Positions 29,237 to 40,788 of a DNA stretch of 64,000 nt are shown here, piece by piece. A model generated the notes under the pieces. The model searched no databases. It was not told the DNA's origin and saw nothing but the letters and a program-made list of their open reading frames with translations. Positions within the stretch are counted from its first letter, which is position 1, and each line of letters starts with the position of its first letter. Origin of the DNA: Candidatus Dormiibacterota bacterium (GTDB taxonomy: Bacteria > Chloroflexota > Dormibacteria > Aeolococcales > Aeolococcaceae); contig CAVPXI010000021.1 in the NCBI GenBank assembly GCA_963709585.1, positions 77,735 through 141,734 of the forward strand, written 5' to 3'. Position numbers and translations under genes: made by a program.

Positions 29237-29968
29237 TGCCCGGAGCATCCGGCAGGCTGACGCCGAGGGAGCGAACCGCCGCGGTGGCGCGGGTGCGGCG
29301 CGCGGTCGCGACCGCCGTGGACCGGCGAGGCGTGATCGTCCCGGGTGAGCACGTGCTGATCGCGTGCAGCGGAGGACCCGAACTCGACCGCGCTGCTCGA
29401 CGGTCTGGCGCGTCTCGCGCCACCGCGTGGCTGGCGCCTGTCGGTCGCGCACGTCGACCACGGGCTTCGCGCCGGCTCGGCGGCAGAAGCCGAGCTCGTG
29501 GCGCGTCTTGCCGCCGATCGAGGACTGGCGTTTCGGGCGCTCTCGGTCCGGGTCGCGCTTGGGGGGTCGCTGCAGGATCGCGCCCGCACCGCGCGTCACG
29601 CTGCGCTGCGCGCGGAGGCGGCGCGGGTCGGCGCCGCGGTGATCGCTCTCGGCCACACCGCGGACGATCAGGCGGAGACCGTGCTCATGCGCGCGCTCTC
29701 GGGCGCATCCCCGGCGGGGCTTCCCGCAATGGCCGAGCGCGAGCGTGGACTGGTGCGCCCATTGCTCCGGGTGTGGCGCGACGCCACGATCGCGTACTGC
29801 GCCGCCCTGGGCATCGACCCACTCGACGATCCGAGCAACTCGGACCCGCGATTCCTCCGCAGCCGGGTGCGCCACCAGGTGATCCCCGCACTCGAGGCGG
29901 TGTTCCCCGGCGCCCGCCGCCGGCTGGTCGTGCTCGCCGAGCGCCAGCGGCGGCTGCTGGGGGGTTGA
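29236..29968 (+). CDS. tilS: tRNA(Ile)-lysidine synthase, short form (frameshift ~29381)
   Basis: ACSGGP, HVDHGLR, GHTADDQAET, DDPSN, RSRVRH; PP-loop split by a 1-nt indel. Confidence 0.88.
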
Positions 29969-29996
29969 GATCGGGGACCCCTGGTAGACTGAGTTC

Positions 29997-31945
<1,949 letters not shown>

Positions 31946-31959
31946 AGGTAGACTCTGGC

Positions 31960-32091
31960 CGACCGGCCACCGTGGCCGTCGACGGCTCAATGCGACCCGG
32001 GGACGCCGCGTGCGCCTCGAGGCTCGCTGCCGGCGGCGGGGTAGGTGACCTGGCTCGAAGAGCGCTTGGATCCACCCAGGAGGACCGAGAC
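31960..32091 (+). promoter_or_regulatory. Structured leader of the pan operon (possible pan RNA motif)
   Basis: -10-like TAGACT at 31949 followed by a ~130-nt GC-rich leader ending in AGGAGG; identity with the pan motif not verified. Confidence 0.35.
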
Positions 32092-32949
32092 GTGGAGGGA
32101 GTAGGCACGCCGACGTTGGCGATCATCGGCGCCGGCCGCGCCGGGTCGGCGCTCGCGATCGCCGCGCATGACGCCGGGTATCGCGTGGCCGCGGTCGCCA
32201 GCCGCCGGGGCGAGATGGCCGTACGGCTCGCGGACACGGTTGGCGCTCGTGCCGTGGCCACCCCGCTCGCGGCCGTTGCCGAGGCGGATCTCTCCCTGCT
32301 GGCGGTGCCGGATGGGGCGATCTCGGAACTGGCGGATTCGATCGCCGCGTCCGGGGTCTCGCTCCATGGTCGTGGCGTCGTCCACCTCGGTGCCCGGTTC
32401 GGCCCCGAGATCATCGGATCCCTGCGCATCACCGGCGCCGAGGTCGGAGTGCTCCACCCGCTCCAGGCGCTCGCCGGCCCGGACAGCGCCTCGCTCCTGG
32501 AAGGCGCGTACTTCCGCATCGATGCCACCGGGACGCTTCGGCAGCGGCTGCTGGCGCTGGTATCCGCGCTCCACGCGACGCCCCTCGAGATCGATCCGGG
32601 GAAGGCGCCCCTGTACCATGCGGCCGCGGTGCTCGCCGGCAACGCCCCGTTGGCGTTGCTCGCCGAGGCGACGCGACTGCTCGAGGCTGCGGGCCTGAGT
32701 GCCGAGACCGCGCATGCGGCGCTGGCGGCGCTGCTCGAAGGCGCCGCCCACAACGCACGCCGCGCCGGACCCGCCGCGGCGCTCACCGGACCCGTCGCCC
32801 GGGGAGATCGCGACGCGATCGCCGCGCACCTCGACGCGCTCGCGCCCCACCCCGAGGCGCGCGATCTTTACCTGCACCTCACCCGGGCGATGGAGTCGCT
32901 GCTCGCGACCCGACCGGTCGACAGTGACACCGGCGCCCGGGTGGCGTGA
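32092..32949 (+). CDS. Rossmann-like/DUF2520 oxidoreductase (PanG-like putative ketopantoate reductase)
   Basis: IIGAGRAG, AVPD, LHPLQ, YHAAA, LTGPVARGD; first gene of pan cluster. Confidence 0.85.
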   Translation: MEGVGTPTLAIIGAGRAGSALAIAAHDAGYRVAAVASRRGEMAVRLADTVGARAVATPLAAVAEADLSLLAVPDGAISELADSIAASGVSLHGRGVVHLGARFGPEIIGSLRITGAEVGVLHPLQALAGPDSASLLEGAYFRIDATGTLRQRLLALVSALHATPLEIDPGKAPLYHAAAVLAGNAPLALLAEATRLLEAAGLSAETAHAALAALLEGAAHNARRAGPAAALTGPVARGDRDAIAAHLDALAPHPEARDLYLHLTRAMESLLATRPVDSDTGARVA

Positions 32950-33755
32950 GCATGGCGGTCAGCATCCGCGACCTGGCGGCGTGGAAAGCCAGCGGCACGC
33001 GGTTCGTGATGCTCACCGCGTACGACTACCCGACCGCGCGGCTGCTCGCCGAGGCCGAGGTGCCGGTGCTCCTTGTCGGCGACTCACTCGCCGACAACGT
33101 CCTCGGCTATCCCAACACCATCCCGGTGACCATGACCGAGATGCTCCACCACGCTCGCGCTGTGGCACGGGGCGCCTCGGGCCAGCTGCTGGTCGGGGAT
33201 CTCCCCTTCGGGAGCTATCAGCGCTCTTGTGCGGACGCGGTCGAGAACGCCGTCGAATTCCTGAAGGCCGGGATGCACGCGGTCAAGCTCGAGGGCGCCG
33301 GGTGGGTCGTCGAGACCGTCGCCCGTCTGATCCAGCGGGGCATACCGGTGATGGGCCACCTCGGACTCACGCCCCAGTCGGTCAACGCCTTCGGCGGCCT
33401 GAAGGTGCAGGCGAGAAGCGCGGCGGACCGCGAGCGGCTCATCGCCGACGCACACGCGCTCGAGGATGCGGGGGCTTTCGCGCTCGTGGTCGAGGGGATA
33501 CCGCGGGACCTGGCTGCCCAGGTCACGAGCGAGCTGGTGATACCCACGATCGGCATCGGCGCCGGACCCGACTGCGACGCCCAGGTCCTGGTCATCCACG
33601 ACCTGCTCGGCATCACCGGTCACCTTCGCGGCACGGTGCCGAAGTTCGTGAAGCCCTATGCTGACCTGGGCGAAAGCATCGTCAGCGCGGCGCGCGCATA
33701 CGCGGACGACGTCCGCGAGGGCCGGTTCCCCGACGATGCCCACTCCTTCCACTGA
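32946..33755 (+). CDS. panB: 3-methyl-2-oxobutanoate hydroxymethyltransferase
   Basis: LTAYD, LVGDS, VKLEG, GHLGLTPQS, IGIGAG. Confidence 0.97.
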   Translation: MSMAVSIRDLAAWKASGTRFVMLTAYDYPTARLLAEAEVPVLLVGDSLADNVLGYPNTIPVTMTEMLHHARAVARGASGQLLVGDLPFGSYQRSCADAVENAVEFLKAGMHAVKLEGAGWVVETVARLIQRGIPVMGHLGLTPQSVNAFGGLKVQARSAADRERLIADAHALEDAGAFALVVEGIPRDLAAQVTSELVIPTIGIGAGPDCDAQVLVIHDLLGITGHLRGTVPKFVKPYADLGESIVSAARAYADDVREGRFPDDAHSFH

Positions 33756-34632
33756 CGCGCCAGAGCTACTCGCGACCCCCGCGGAGCTCCGCCGGCGGTC
33801 CACGACGTGGCGCGAGGCCGGCCTGTCGGTCGGGATGGTGCCGACCATGGGTGCCCTGCACGCCGGCCATCGCGCGCTGATCGACCGCGCGGTCGCGGAA
33901 AACGACCGGGTGGTCCTGACCATCTTCGTCAACCCGGCTCAGTTCGGGCCCGGCGAGGACTTCGCCCGCTACCCGAGGACGATGAGCGCCGACCTCGCCG
34001 TGCTCGCCTCCGCCGGGGTGGACGCGGCGTTCGCCCCGACCGTCGAGACGATGTACCCGCCCGGCATCGTCACCCGGCTCGACGTCGCCGGGCCGCTCGG
34101 CAACCGGCTCGAGGGGGCCAGCCGCCCGGGCCATTTCAACGGGGTCGCCCTGATCGTCACCAAGCTGCTCGTTGCCGGTCTGCCCGACAGGGCCTACTTC
34201 GGGCAGAAGGACGCGCAGCAGTGTGCGGTGGTCCGCCACCTCGCCCGCGACCTCGACACCGGCGTCGAAATCGTTGTCTGTCCAACGGTTCGAGACGTCG
34301 ACGGCCTCGCGATCTCGAGCCGCAATGTCTACCTCAGCCCCGAAGAACGAGCGCGGGCCTCGGCTATTCCATCGAGCCTGAGGATGGCGATGGCTCGATT
34401 CGATGCCGGTGAGCGAGACGCCACAGCGCTGGCAACAGCTGTTCGGTCCTTCCTGGAGAACGAAAGACTGGACGTCGACTACGTTGCCGTGGTAGAGGCG
34501 GAAGACTTCGCCGAGGTCGAAACCGCAGTCCCCACAAACCAAATCGTACTGGCTGCTAGAATAGGGAACACACGGTTGATTGATGTCGTTCGGCTGGGGG
34601 TCGACACAGCGCCCGTAGGTCGTGGCGTCTAG
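33736..34632 (+). CDS. panC: Pantoate-beta-alanine ligase
   Basis: VPTMGALHAGH, FVNPAQF, RPGHF, FGQKDAQQ, SSRN. Confidence 0.97.
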   Translation: MPTPSTDAPELLATPAELRRRSTTWREAGLSVGMVPTMGALHAGHRALIDRAVAENDRVVLTIFVNPAQFGPGEDFARYPRTMSADLAVLASAGVDAAFAPTVETMYPPGIVTRLDVAGPLGNRLEGASRPGHFNGVALIVTKLLVAGLPDRAYFGQKDAQQCAVVRHLARDLDTGVEIVVCPTVRDVDGLAISSRNVYLSPEERARASAIPSSLRMAMARFDAGERDATALATAVRSFLENERLDVDYVAVVEAEDFAEVETAVPTNQIVLAARIGNTRLIDVVRLGVDTAPVGRGV

Positions 34633-34641
34633 GGGAGATCA

Positions 34642-34821
34642 GTGCAGCGGGTCATCATGAAGTCGAAAATCCACCGCGCCACCGGGACGCGACGGGTCGA
34701 CGGCTTCGCAAGGTCGTGTGGCAACGCGCCCGAATCGATGCGCACCACCCGAAGCGTGGCGCGCGAGCTCATGCGCGTGAACGCTAATAGCCGCATTGCT
34801 GAGCAGGCGGCGATCGCGTGA
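34642..34821 (+). pseudogene. panD: Aspartate 1-decarboxylase remnant (59 aa, core missing)
   Basis: MQRVIMKSKIHRAT matches the PanD N-terminus, but the Gly-Ser cleavage site and core are absent. Confidence 0.7.
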
Positions 34822-36401
34822 TCAACGGAGCCGCACCGACGGATTACGACGTGGTGGTCGTCGGGAGTGGCATCGCGGGACTTCAGCTGCACTCACCGCC
34901 GCGCCGCGCGCACGGGTTGCGGTTGTCACCAAAGGCGCGCTCGACGATGGGTGCAGCCGGTTCGCGCAGGGCGGGATTGCAGCCGCGGTGGGCGACGGTG
35001 ATTCACCGGAGTTGCATTACGAGGACACCATTGCAGCGGGTCGAGGGCTCTGCCATCCGGACGCTGTGCGCGTGCTCGTCGAGGAAGGACCGGCACGCAT
35101 TCGCCAGTTGATCGAATGGGGCGTGGCGTTCGACACCCAGGACGGCGAGCTTTTGCTGGCGCAGGAGGCAGCGCATTCGCGCCCGCGCATTCTCCATGCA
35201 CGGGGCGACGGGACCGGGCTCGAGGTGGAGACGGCGTTGATCCGCCGACTCCGCGCCAGTGATGCCCGGGTCATCGAACATGCTGATGTCACCGGGATTC
35301 TCACCACCACCGACGGCGTCGGCTGCGGGGTGTCGATCACGACCAATTCCTCTGATACGCACACGACGACCCTGTCGTCAGCGGCGGTCGTGCTGGCAAG
35401 CGGCGGAGCGAGCCGTCTCTGGCGAAACAGCACGAATCCCGAATCCGCAACCGGCGACGGTGTCGCCCTCGGCTACGCGGCCGGCGCCGATGTCGCGGGC
35501 ATGGAGTTCGCGCAGTTCCATCCCACAGCGCTCGCCATGGAGGGCGCGCCGAGGTTCCTGATCAGCGAGGCGGTACGCGGCGAAGGCGCGTGGATCGTCA
35601 ACCGTGACGGCAGGCGCTTCGTGCTCGACGTCGACCCGCGCGGCGAGCTCGCCGGTCGGGACGTCGTCGCCCGGGCGATCTGGGAGGAGCTCGAACGCAG
35701 CGGCGAGCGCTGCGTCTTCCTCGACTGCTCCCCGGTCGGTGAGCGGGTCGCGGTGCGCTTTCCGACCATCGCGGCGACCTGCGCACGATACGGCCTCGAC
35801 ATCGCGCGCGATCCGATCCCGGTGTCGCCCGGCCGCGCACTACATGATCGGCGGGGTGCGGACCGACCTCGATGGTGCAACCACCGTCCCGGGCTTGTAT
35901 GCCTGCGGTGAGGTGGCCCACAGCGGGGTGCACGGCGCGAACCGGCTGGCGAGCAACAGCCTGCTCGAATCCCTGGTGTTCTCGCAGCGCGCGGTGCAGG
36001 GCGCACTGGGCTGGGCGGCGGAATCGCCACCGGCTCAAGCCGCGCAGGCGACCCGGGCCTCGAGCCCGCGCGCATCCACGCCCGACATTCTTGATGGATG
36101 GAACACGCTGCGCGACGCGCTCTGGACGGGCGCGGGCGTGGTTCGAGACGAAGCCGGGCTACGCGCAGCATCTCGCGAGTGCGAGGCAGTCGCCGCAGCG
36201 ACAGCGGGAGCCACATCGCTCTCGACGATGCAACTGCATGCCGCCGCGTCGACGGCGTCGCTGGTGTGCGCGGCGGCCCTGGCTCGTGAGGAGAGCCGAG
36301 GATGCCACCTCCGTTCTGATCTCCCCCAAGCAAGCGATCAATGGCATGGCGATCTCGTCATGCACAAGGACAGAGGAGCACGCTTTGACCGTCACCTTTA
36401 G
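34818..36401 (+). CDS. nadB: L-aspartate oxidase (frameshifts ~34885 and ~35830)
   Basis: [51 protein letters not shown]. Confidence 0.93.
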
Positions 36402-37251
36402 ACCCATCACCGAGGCGCTTTCGTCGGAGAGCATCGACCTGCTCATCGAGTCGGCGCTCGCCGAGGACGTCGGAGCTGGCGATGTCACGACCCAGGCAGT
36501 GATTCCCGCCGACATGACCTGTCGGGGCAAGATCGTTTGCAAGCAGGATGGTGTCATCGCCGGGCTGAGCATCGCGCAGCGCGTGTTCCAGCGTGTGGAC
36601 GAGCGCATCCAGTTCGACGCCAAAACCAAGGATGGGGAGAAGGTCCAGGCGGATCAGATCGTCGCGCGGCTCTTCGGTCCTGCCCGCGGGATGATGACCG
36701 CGGAGCGTGTCGGTCTCAACTTCCTACAGCACCTGAGCGGGATTGCGACCATAACCGCCAGGTATGTGAAGGCGGTCGACGGCACCAAGGCGAAGATCCT
36801 CGACACTCGCAAGACCACCCCGGGGCTGCGTGCCATCGAGAAGTACGCGACCCGCATGGGCGGCGCCGTGAACCACCGGATGGGGCTGTACGACGCGGTC
36901 CTGATCAAGGACACCCATCTCGCGCTCGTCGGCGGGATCACCCCGGCGCTGCGCGCCGCGCGCAAGGCATACCCGGAGATGGAGATCCACGTCGAGGTGA
37001 GCAACCTCCAGGAGCTGGAGCAGGCGCTCGCCGACAAGGCGTCGCACATCCTCCTCGACAACTTCTCCTGCGGTCAGGTACGCGAGGCGATGCAGCTGAT
37101 TCGCGGCCGCGCCACCGTCGAGGTCAGCGGCGGCGTCCAGGTGACCAACGCCCGGGCATACGCGCTCGCAGGCGCGGATTTCATCAGCGTCGGTGCGTTG
37201 ACGCACTCGGCGGTGGCGCTGGATTTCTCAATGAAGGTCACTCGCTACTGA
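36385..37251 (+). CDS. nadC: Nicotinate-nucleotide pyrophosphorylase
   Basis: [41 protein letters not shown]. Confidence 0.96.
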   Translation: MTVTFRPITEALSSESIDLLIESALAEDVGAGDVTTQAVIPADMTCRGKIVCKQDGVIAGLSIAQRVFQRVDERIQFDAKTKDGEKVQADQIVARLFGPARGMMTAERVGLNFLQHLSGIATITARYVKAVDGTKAKILDTRKTTPGLRAIEKYATRMGGAVNHRMGLYDAVLIKDTHLALVGGITPALRAARKAYPEMEIHVEVSNLQELEQALADKASHILLDNFSCGQVREAMQLIRGRATVEVSGGVQVTNARAYALAGADFISVGALTHSAVALDFSMKVTRY

Positions 37252-37360
37252 AGCAGGCGTTGTGGCGGGTGGGTCCTGTCATCGCGGGGACCCCTCGCCG
37301 ACGCGCTTGTGGCGCGTCGGCGCTTCCCCCCGCGATGCCACCCACCGTCCGTCCTGCTTC
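37250..37360. repeat. ~110-bp imperfect palindrome (REP/MITE-like or terminator hairpin)
   Basis: Nested arms GAAGCAGG/CCTGCTTC, GGTGGG/CCCACC, CATCGCGGGG/CCCCGCGATG, CGCCGACGCGC/GCGCGTCGGCG. Confidence 0.75.
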
Positions 37361-37434
37361 AGGGCTCGTAGTGCGGGTGGTGCTTTTGGGGCGCGGCGTG
37401 GCCACTGCACGAGCTTTGCGTAGTTAGGTAACTG

Positions 37435-38058
37435 ATGCCTACGTTTGTTGATGGGCCTACGGTTACTTTGCATGCGTTTGCGGTCGCGCATCCCTGGTTG
37501 ACGCCGGTCGTGATTGGGGTCACGGCTGCGTTTATTTTCCTGTGCCCTCTTTGGTTCATCTTTATGGGGGTATGGGAGCGGCGGTTGAGGCCGGGGGTTG
37601 CGGCGTTGTTGGGGCTGGGGTTGACGCAGTGGGCGAGTCATGAGGTTGGCAAGCTGGTGTACCAGCCTCGGCCGTTTGTGGTGATGAAGTTCACGCCGCT
37701 GTATCCGCATCCGATGAACAACTCGTTTCCGTCGACCTTGACAGCGTTTGCTGCGGTGGCGGGCGTCATCGCGGTGCTTGCATGGCGGCGCAGGGGATTG
37801 GTGCTCGTGTTCGGCACCGGGGTGGTAGCGGTCGGTTGTGTCTACGTCGGAGTGCATTACGTGAGCGATGTGATCGTTGGCGCAGCGCTCGGCGCTGCGT
37901 GCGGAACGGTCACGTGGATGGTCGTCGGGTTGCCGCCCGTGACCCGGGCGCTCAGCGTGGTGGAGCGTCGCATTCCTGGGCGACGCCGTTCTCACGGCGC
38001 CGCCGCGACCGACCCGCGTCCTCGGGAAGTCCTCGAAGTCGCTACAGCAGCGAGTTGA
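37435..38058 (+). CDS. PAP2-family membrane phosphatase (BcrC-like)
   Basis: K..YQPRPF, NSFPS, YVGVHYVSDV. Confidence 0.8.
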   Translation: MPTFVDGPTVTLHAFAVAHPWLTPVVIGVTAAFIFLCPLWFIFMGVWERRLRPGVAALLGLGLTQWASHEVGKLVYQPRPFVVMKFTPLYPHPMNNSFPSTLTAFAAVAGVIAVLAWRRRGLVLVFGTGVVAVGCVYVGVHYVSDVIVGAALGAACGTVTWMVVGLPPVTRALSVVERRIPGRRRSHGAAATDPRPREVLEVATAAS

Positions 38059-38635
38059 CCAGGGCCTCGAGCTGACTCAGCGTCGCCGGCGTCGCTGTCG
38101 CGACCGCCGCCACGACGGTCGTCCCCTTGGCCGCGACAACACCCTCGTTGTCCTTGCCACCGCCGAGAGAAACGACGAATGACCGCGCCTCATCGCCGAC
38201 TCCCGACACCGGCTTGTACGCCACCGGGAAATTCGCGCTGTACTTCGATATGTAGGAAGCAGGGATGTTCTGGAGCACGGTGATGATCACGTTCTCGGTG
38301 GTTGTGTGGTAGTTGCACACGATGCCTGTCGCACCGCTTGGGAGCTGGGCTGTGCTACCACCGACAACATTGGTGGCATCTGGGAGCGTCGTGCCGAGCG
38401 CGGATCCTACCGACGAGCCGCTGGGGCACTGCGCGGCTGCCGCCGCCGCCGTCGGCGTCGGAGCGGCGACGGTCGGGGTGGCCGTGGCGGCGCCTGACGA
38501 TGCTGTCGGGGTTGTGCTTGACCCCCCGCAGGCAGCGAGGGTCGCTGCGAAGGTCAGCGCGGTCAGCGGAATCCACCGCGAGTAGCTGCGTGTCACGTGG
38601 GATGCCCTCCGTCTCAACATCGAGGTGTGAAGCAC
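38042..38635 (-). CDS. Putative lipoprotein
   Basis: LAAC lipobox followed by a Ser/Thr/Ala/Pro linker; start uncertain. Confidence 0.7.
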   Translation of the reverse strand: MLHTSMLRRRASHVTRSYSRWIPLTALTFAATLAACGGSSTTPTASSGAATATPTVAAPTPTAAAAAAQCPSGSSVGSALGTTLPDATNVVGGSTAQLPSGATGIVCNYHTTTENVIITVLQNIPASYISKYSANFPVAYKPVSGVGDEARSFVVSLGGGKDNEGVVAAKGTTVVAAVATATPATLSQLEALVNSLL

Positions 38636-38726
38636 TCGACCAACGCACTATGCCCCACTTGCGGGCCGCCGCGCAGGGTGATCAGACTTATCCAATTCGC
38701 GCCCGGTTGCTCGTTCCGAGGAGGCT

Positions 38727-39026
38727 ATGACGATGGTGGATCACGGTCATCCCTCGGTTGGTCCGCAGAGCTCGAACGAGGAGCCGCAGTCGCATCTGAC
38801 CCCCACGCCGCATGGCGGCGGATGGCGCATGTTCACGGCGCCGGTGGAGGTCGAGGCGTTCCTGGGTCAGACCTGGGTCAGCGTTTTGGTGGACGGGTTC
38901 GACGAGGAAAGCGCTGAGATCTGGGCGCGGTGGCCGCCGGAAGGCCACACCGCCGGAGACGTCCACCATCAGGTGATCGACGCCTCGCACTATCGCGCGC
39001 CCAGCGGTGGTTTCCCGGCCGCCTGA
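38727..39026 (+). CDS. Hypothetical protein
   Basis: Strong SD GAGGAGG; genome-typical codon usage. Confidence 0.6.
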   Translation: MTMVDHGHPSVGPQSSNEEPQSHLTPTPHGGGWRMFTAPVEVEAFLGQTWVSVLVDGFDEESAEIWARWPPEGHTAGDVHHQVIDASHYRAPSGGFPAA

Positions 39027-39031
39027 AGCGC

Positions 39032-39063
39032 AAAGAAAAGCCCCACATCTTGCGACGCGGGGC
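39032..39063 (-). terminator. Intrinsic terminator
   Basis: Minus strand GCCCCGCGTC-GCAA-GATGTGGGGC-TTTTCTTT. Confidence 0.8.
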
Positions 39064-39180
39064 CTTCAGTACGGGAGGCGGTGCCCTTCGGTGACCCTCA
39101 GGCTCGACCCTCGTCCGGACTGATGGGCCACCATCATCCCGGGCCGTCCACTCGTCATTTCTGGCTCGTGGACCCGCAAC
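39032..39180 (-). ncRNA. Candidate ~150-nt structured small RNA
   Basis: TTGCAA-N17-TAGAGT promoter (39214-39186), internal stems, intrinsic terminator, no credible ORF. Confidence 0.55.
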
Positions 39181-39279
39181 AGGTGACTCTACAGAGCCGC
39201 CCAACGCTTTGCAACAACTTTGGCGATGTCCGTCGCCGGAGGGCACACGTCATCTCGACAGCGGGCGATCCGAGCTACC

Positions 39280-39368
39280 AAAGAAAAAGGCCGGGCAAGC
39301 GCCCTTCGGGTCGCCTGCGAACGGCGGCCGTCAGGAGAGAGGGGGGACTTTCTGCTTTGCCCGGCCCG
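39280..39368 (-). ncRNA. Candidate ~90-nt small RNA with C/U-rich loop
   Basis: -10-like TACTCT (39380-39375); closing stem GGCCGGGCAA/TTGCCCGGCC followed by TTTTTCTTT. Confidence 0.5.
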
Positions 39369-39431
39369 AAACTGAGAGTACCCAGATCCTTCGGCAGTCA
39401 CTCGGGCCGCGCCTGCCGAGCTCCTCGACGG

Positions 39432-39882
39432 TTACGAGTTCGAGGGCCGCGACCAGCTCCTCCTGGAGATAGCCCAGGGCGATAAGGACGCCGTACTCGG
39501 GCTTCTGCTTGGTGGCATCGGTGGCGGTGTCCTCCCAGCCGTCACCCTCGATGCCCAGGATCTCGCCGGCAGCAACGCGGAGGTGATTGAAGGCACGGAG
39601 CCACCCGAGGGTCTGCGCCTCGGTGAGCGGCAGGGTGTCCTCGCCCCCGCTGAGCGCGTCGCGCACCATGGTGAGGTCGACCTCACGACCTTTCTCGATG
39701 TCCGGCCGGACCCAGCGGTCGTACTCGGCCTGGAGCTTGGCGTCGTCATAGGCGCGCGGGGCCGACGCCAGGGGTGCGGCCAGCCGGGGACCGAGCGAAT
39801 CGATGATCCCGATCAGGGCTTCACGTTCGCGCTTGTCGACCTTCACCTGGATCCTCCCACGGCGACGGAGCACCTGGGCCAT
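39432..39882 (-). CDS. DUF2017-family protein (probable frameshift just before the stop)
   Basis: WLRAFNHLR, LGYLQEELVAAL; clpS-DUF2017 synteny as in Actinobacteria. Confidence 0.8.
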
Positions 39883-39899
39883 GTGAGGAGCTCCCGGGC

Positions 39900-40211
39900 T
39901 CAGGGACGGCCCAGGGTCGCCTGGAGTTCGAAGGAGTGGAGCTGCGCGACCGAGACCTCGGCCTGTTCCCGCGGCTGGGTCGCGACCACGGCGCGGCCCT
40001 CGTTGTGCACCTGGAGCATCAGATGCGTCGCCGTCGCGTGGTCGTATCCGAACATCCGGCGGAGCACCAGCACGACGTACGACATCAGCGTGATCGGGTC
40101 GTTCCAGACCATCACGTTCCAGCCGAACTCACGCTGGTCGCTCTCCTGGCGGCCGGGGGCTTTCGCCGGGGCCGGAGCCTTGGTCCGCGTCGGCGCGGAG
40201 GTGGTCGCCAT
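39900..40211 (-). CDS. clpS: Clp protease adaptor ClpS
   Basis: VWNDPITLMSYV, MLQVHNEGRAVV. Confidence 0.93.
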   Translation of the reverse strand: MATTSAPTRTKAPAPAKAPGRQESDQREFGWNVMVWNDPITLMSYVVLVLRRMFGYDHATATHLMLQVHNEGRAVVATQPREQAEVSVAQLHSFELQATLGRP

Positions 40212-40239
40212 GACAGCTAGCGTAGCTCAGGTCTCGCCA

Positions 40240-40536
40240 TCAGTACCACCGCCGATCGGTTCCTTCCGCCCCCCTCCTCAAGCTGTCCGGCAACGGGGCT
40301 CCCGCAGGAGCGACGTCGCTCAGGCGGCGCGGAAGTCGACGACGCCCGCCCACGCGGACGGAGTCCGGGAGGGCTGGGCTGCAGGAGCCGTTGTCGGGGA
40401 TGGTCACTCCGTCGAGCACCGCTTGCAGCGGCAGCTCGCAGTTGTGGCACACGATCCAGATGGGACCCGGCTCGCTGACACGCCGTTCGAGACGGTGGCG
40501 CTCGCCGCATTCCTCGCAGGTGATGGTCACTCGCAT
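40240..40536 (-). CDS. Small zinc-ribbon protein
   Basis: MRVTITCEECGERH...IVCHNCELPL, two CxxC pairs; upstream of and co-oriented with clpS. Confidence 0.55.
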   Translation of the reverse strand: MRVTITCEECGERHRLERRVSEPGPIWIVCHNCELPLQAVLDGVTIPDNGSCSPALPDSVRVGGRRRLPRRLSDVAPAGAPLPDSLRRGAEGTDRRWY

Positions 40537-40788
40537 TTCGTGGCGCAGCGTCGCACGGCGGTTGCGACGCCTCGCTGATGGCACTGTCGCGGCGCGCGCC
40601 AACGGTGTGCAACGAATCGGCGAAAGAGGATCGATCTGCCTCGGGTGATACACTCGGCGAGATCGTGATGGCATCGGTGCAAACGCGCCATTCAAGCCCC
40701 AAACACGATCATTTGAAGGCGAAAGCCACGCGACCCTGACCGGCGAGACGGATTGTTCTGAAGGCAGGAGTACGAGCAAAGGAGTGCA

